From Deltaproteobacteria bacterium (GTDB lineage: Bacteria; Desulfobacterota; Syntrophia; Syntrophales; UBA8958), in assembly GCA_029553375.1 (NCBI GenBank), contig JAKPCH010000096.1, positions 47,382-111,381 of the forward strand: 64,000 nucleotides of DNA, read 5' to 3'. How positions within the stretch are numbered: position 1 is the first letter of the stretch; every line of letters starts with the position of its first letter. Below the pieces are notes generated by a model. It saw only the letters and a list, made by a program, of their open reading frames with translations, ran no database searches and had not been told where the DNA came from. The translations under genes and the position numbers were made by a program. This document shows positions 61,990 to 64,000 of the stretch, in pieces.

Positions 61990-62601
61990 ATGACCAAGAA
62001 GAAATCGAAGGTCCAGGAATATGCCGAGGCGATCATCATCGCCATCCTCATCGCCTTCTTCATCCGGACCTTCATCGTCCAGGCCTTCAAGATCCCTTCG
62101 GGATCCATGCAGCCCACCCTGCTCATCGGCGACCACATCCTGGTCAACAAGTTCATCTACGGCGTCAAGATCCCCTACTTCCGCAACACCATCATCCCCT
62201 TCAGGGATCCGCAGCGGGGAGACATCGTGGTCTTCATCTACCCGGAGGACCGCTCCAAGGATTTCATCAAGAGGGTGATCGCCGTGGCCGGGGACACGGT
62301 GGAGATCAGGGACAAGAAGATCTTCCTCAACGGCAAGCCGTACGAAGACAAATACGGGGTTCACGTGGAGAGCCTCCTCATCCCCTCCGCCGTCAGCCCC
62401 CGGGACAATTTCGGGCCCGTCAAGGTACCACCCGGCACCGTCTTCACCATGGGGGACAACCGGGACCACAGCTACGACAGCCGTTTCTGGGGGTTCGTGG
62501 ACCTGAAGGACGTCATGGGCAAGGCCTTCGTCATCTACTGGTCCTGGGACAGGGAAAACCACAGCGTTCGTTGGGGCAGGATCGGCACCCTCCTCCATTA
62601 G
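61990..62601 (+). CDS. lepB: signal peptidase I
   Basis: IPSGSMQPTLLIGDHILVNKF, GDIVVFIYP, FIKRVIAVAGD and GDNRDHSYDSRFWGFV. Confidence 0.95.
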   Translation: MTKKKSKVQEYAEAIIIAILIAFFIRTFIVQAFKIPSGSMQPTLLIGDHILVNKFIYGVKIPYFRNTIIPFRDPQRGDIVVFIYPEDRSKDFIKRVIAVAGDTVEIRDKKIFLNGKPYEDKYGVHVESLLIPSAVSPRDNFGPVKVPPGTVFTMGDNRDHSYDSRFWGFVDLKDVMGKAFVIYWSWDRENHSVRWGRIGTLLH

Positions 62602-62757
62602 GCAAAACACTCACGGGCCGCCCCCGCCGGGATCCTTTTCACCTTGACACCCAAGATGAATTCTATTAGTTAAAGCCCATTGCAGAGGGGTGACGACGCC
62701 CCGGTCACGAGGAGAGCGAAGAGACCATGACTGGGCAGTTTATGAAACGTCCCTTAG

Positions 62758-63354
<597 letters not shown>

Positions 63355-63360
63355 AAATCC

Positions 63361-64000
63361 ATGGGTCTGGCACGGAAGGACCTCCTGGGCATGAAGGACG
63401 TCTCGGCGGAGGAGATCACCCTCATCCTCGACACGGCCGAATCCTTCATCGAGGTATCCTCACGGGAGATCAAGAAAGTCCCCACCCTGCGGGGCAAGAC
63501 GATCATCAACCTCTTCTACGAGGCGAGCACCAGGACCAGGACCTCCTTCGAGATCGCCGGTAAACGCCTCAGTGCCGACACCATAAACATCTCGGCCGCC
63601 ACGAGCAGCGTCGTCAAGGGCGAGACCCTTATCGACACGGCCAGGAACCTCGAGGCGATGAACCCGGACATCATCGTCATCCGTCACAGCGTCTCCGGGA
63701 CCCCCCACCTCCTGGCCCGATTGGTGAGGCAGTCCATCATCAACGCCGGGGACGGGACCCACGAACATCCCACCCAGGCCCTCCTCGACATGATGACCAT
63801 CCGCTCCCGCCTGGGCACCCTGAAAGACGTCGAGGTGGCCATCGTGGGGGACATCGCCCACAGCCGCGTGGCGAGGTCCAACATCTACGGCCTCAGGAAG
63901 ATGGGGGCCAAGGTGACCGTGGCCGGTCCCGCGACCATGATGCCCAGGGACGTCGGCGCCTTCGGGGTCCGCGTGTGCGACACCCTCGAGGAGGCCGTCC
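63361..64000 (+). CDS. pyrB: aspartate carbamoyltransferase catalytic subunit (5' part; runs off window end)
   Basis: Not in the ORF track (open at the window end). My translation is [29 protein letters not shown]...[23 protein letters not shown]...[17 protein letters not shown]. Confidence 0.9.
   Translation, partial: MGLARKDLLGMKDVSAEEITLILDTAESFIEVSSREIKKVPTLRGKTIINLFYEASTRTRTSFEIAGKRLSADTINISAATSSVVKGETLIDTARNLEAMNPDIIVIRHSVSGTPHLLARLVRQSIINAGDGTHEHPTQALLDMMTIRSRLGTLKDVEVAIVGDIAHSRVARSNIYGLRKMGAKVTVAGPATMMPRDVGAFGVRVCDTLEEAV

Overview
High-GC bacterial chromosomal segment (hand-counted 60-nt samples are mostly 58-75% GC). It is densely coding: about 58 protein genes and one tRNA-Thr. I saw no rRNA, CRISPR array, transposase or integrase. 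All calls come from reading the ORF translations and the DNA by eye; no searches were run, and many start codons are uncertain.

Gene content suggests an anaerobic Deltaproteobacteria/Desulfobacterota-like organism, but this is not diagnostic. The relevant genes are System II cytochrome c biogenesis, a selenocysteine-containing SelD, citramalate synthase, a sigma54-driven type IV pilin, CoA-transferase plus biotin carboxyltransferase genes, queuosine genes and secDF.

Layout:
- 1-3.5 kb: lon (partial), hsp20, ccsA, resB.
- 3.7-16.9 kb: a coiled-coil ORF and a GAF-GAF-PAS adenylate cyclase, tRNA-Thr on the opposite strand, then a CHASE2 adenylate cyclase that runs with gaps of 0-42 nt into alr (with an unexplained C-terminal domain), ddl, an OMP, a second ddl and mlaEFD.
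- 17-29 kb: small proteins, a DHH phosphoesterase, selD, thrC, a tandem-GGCT protein, a family-5 SBP, cimA behind an Ile-rich leader-peptide attenuator, tsaC, RNase E/G and proC.
- 29.2-40.7 kb, accessory-looking: a repeat/hairpin-rich intergenic region, an orphan ParB-like gene, and five GT-C-fold membrane glycosyltransferase candidates (YfhO-like, two ArnT/PMT-like, two TMTC-like with TPR). Three of these lie in a GC trough. Four are co-directional downstream of a Ser/Thr-rich type IV pilin gene with a perfect sigma54 promoter and tandem palindromic upstream sites.
- 40.8-64 kb: queD-folE2-nadE, CoA-transferase A/B, stress proteins, hydantoinase-like and HDAC-like genes, a biotin-carrier/HMGL-like/crotonase/carboxyltransferase cluster, queA-tgt-yajC-secDF-lepB, and pyrR-pyrB.

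Best candidates for something new:
1. The pilin plus multi-GT-C/TPR locus, a putative pilin or surface-protein O-glycosylation island.
2. The isoleucine leader-peptide attenuator in front of cimA.
3. The Alr fusion and the atypical second Ddl inside a cyclase-headed envelope gene array.
4. The biotin carboxyltransferase cluster, which has no biotin carboxylase and an HMGL-like protein lacking the signature Cys.

The many long ORFs antisense to real genes are GC-driven shadows and were rejected.
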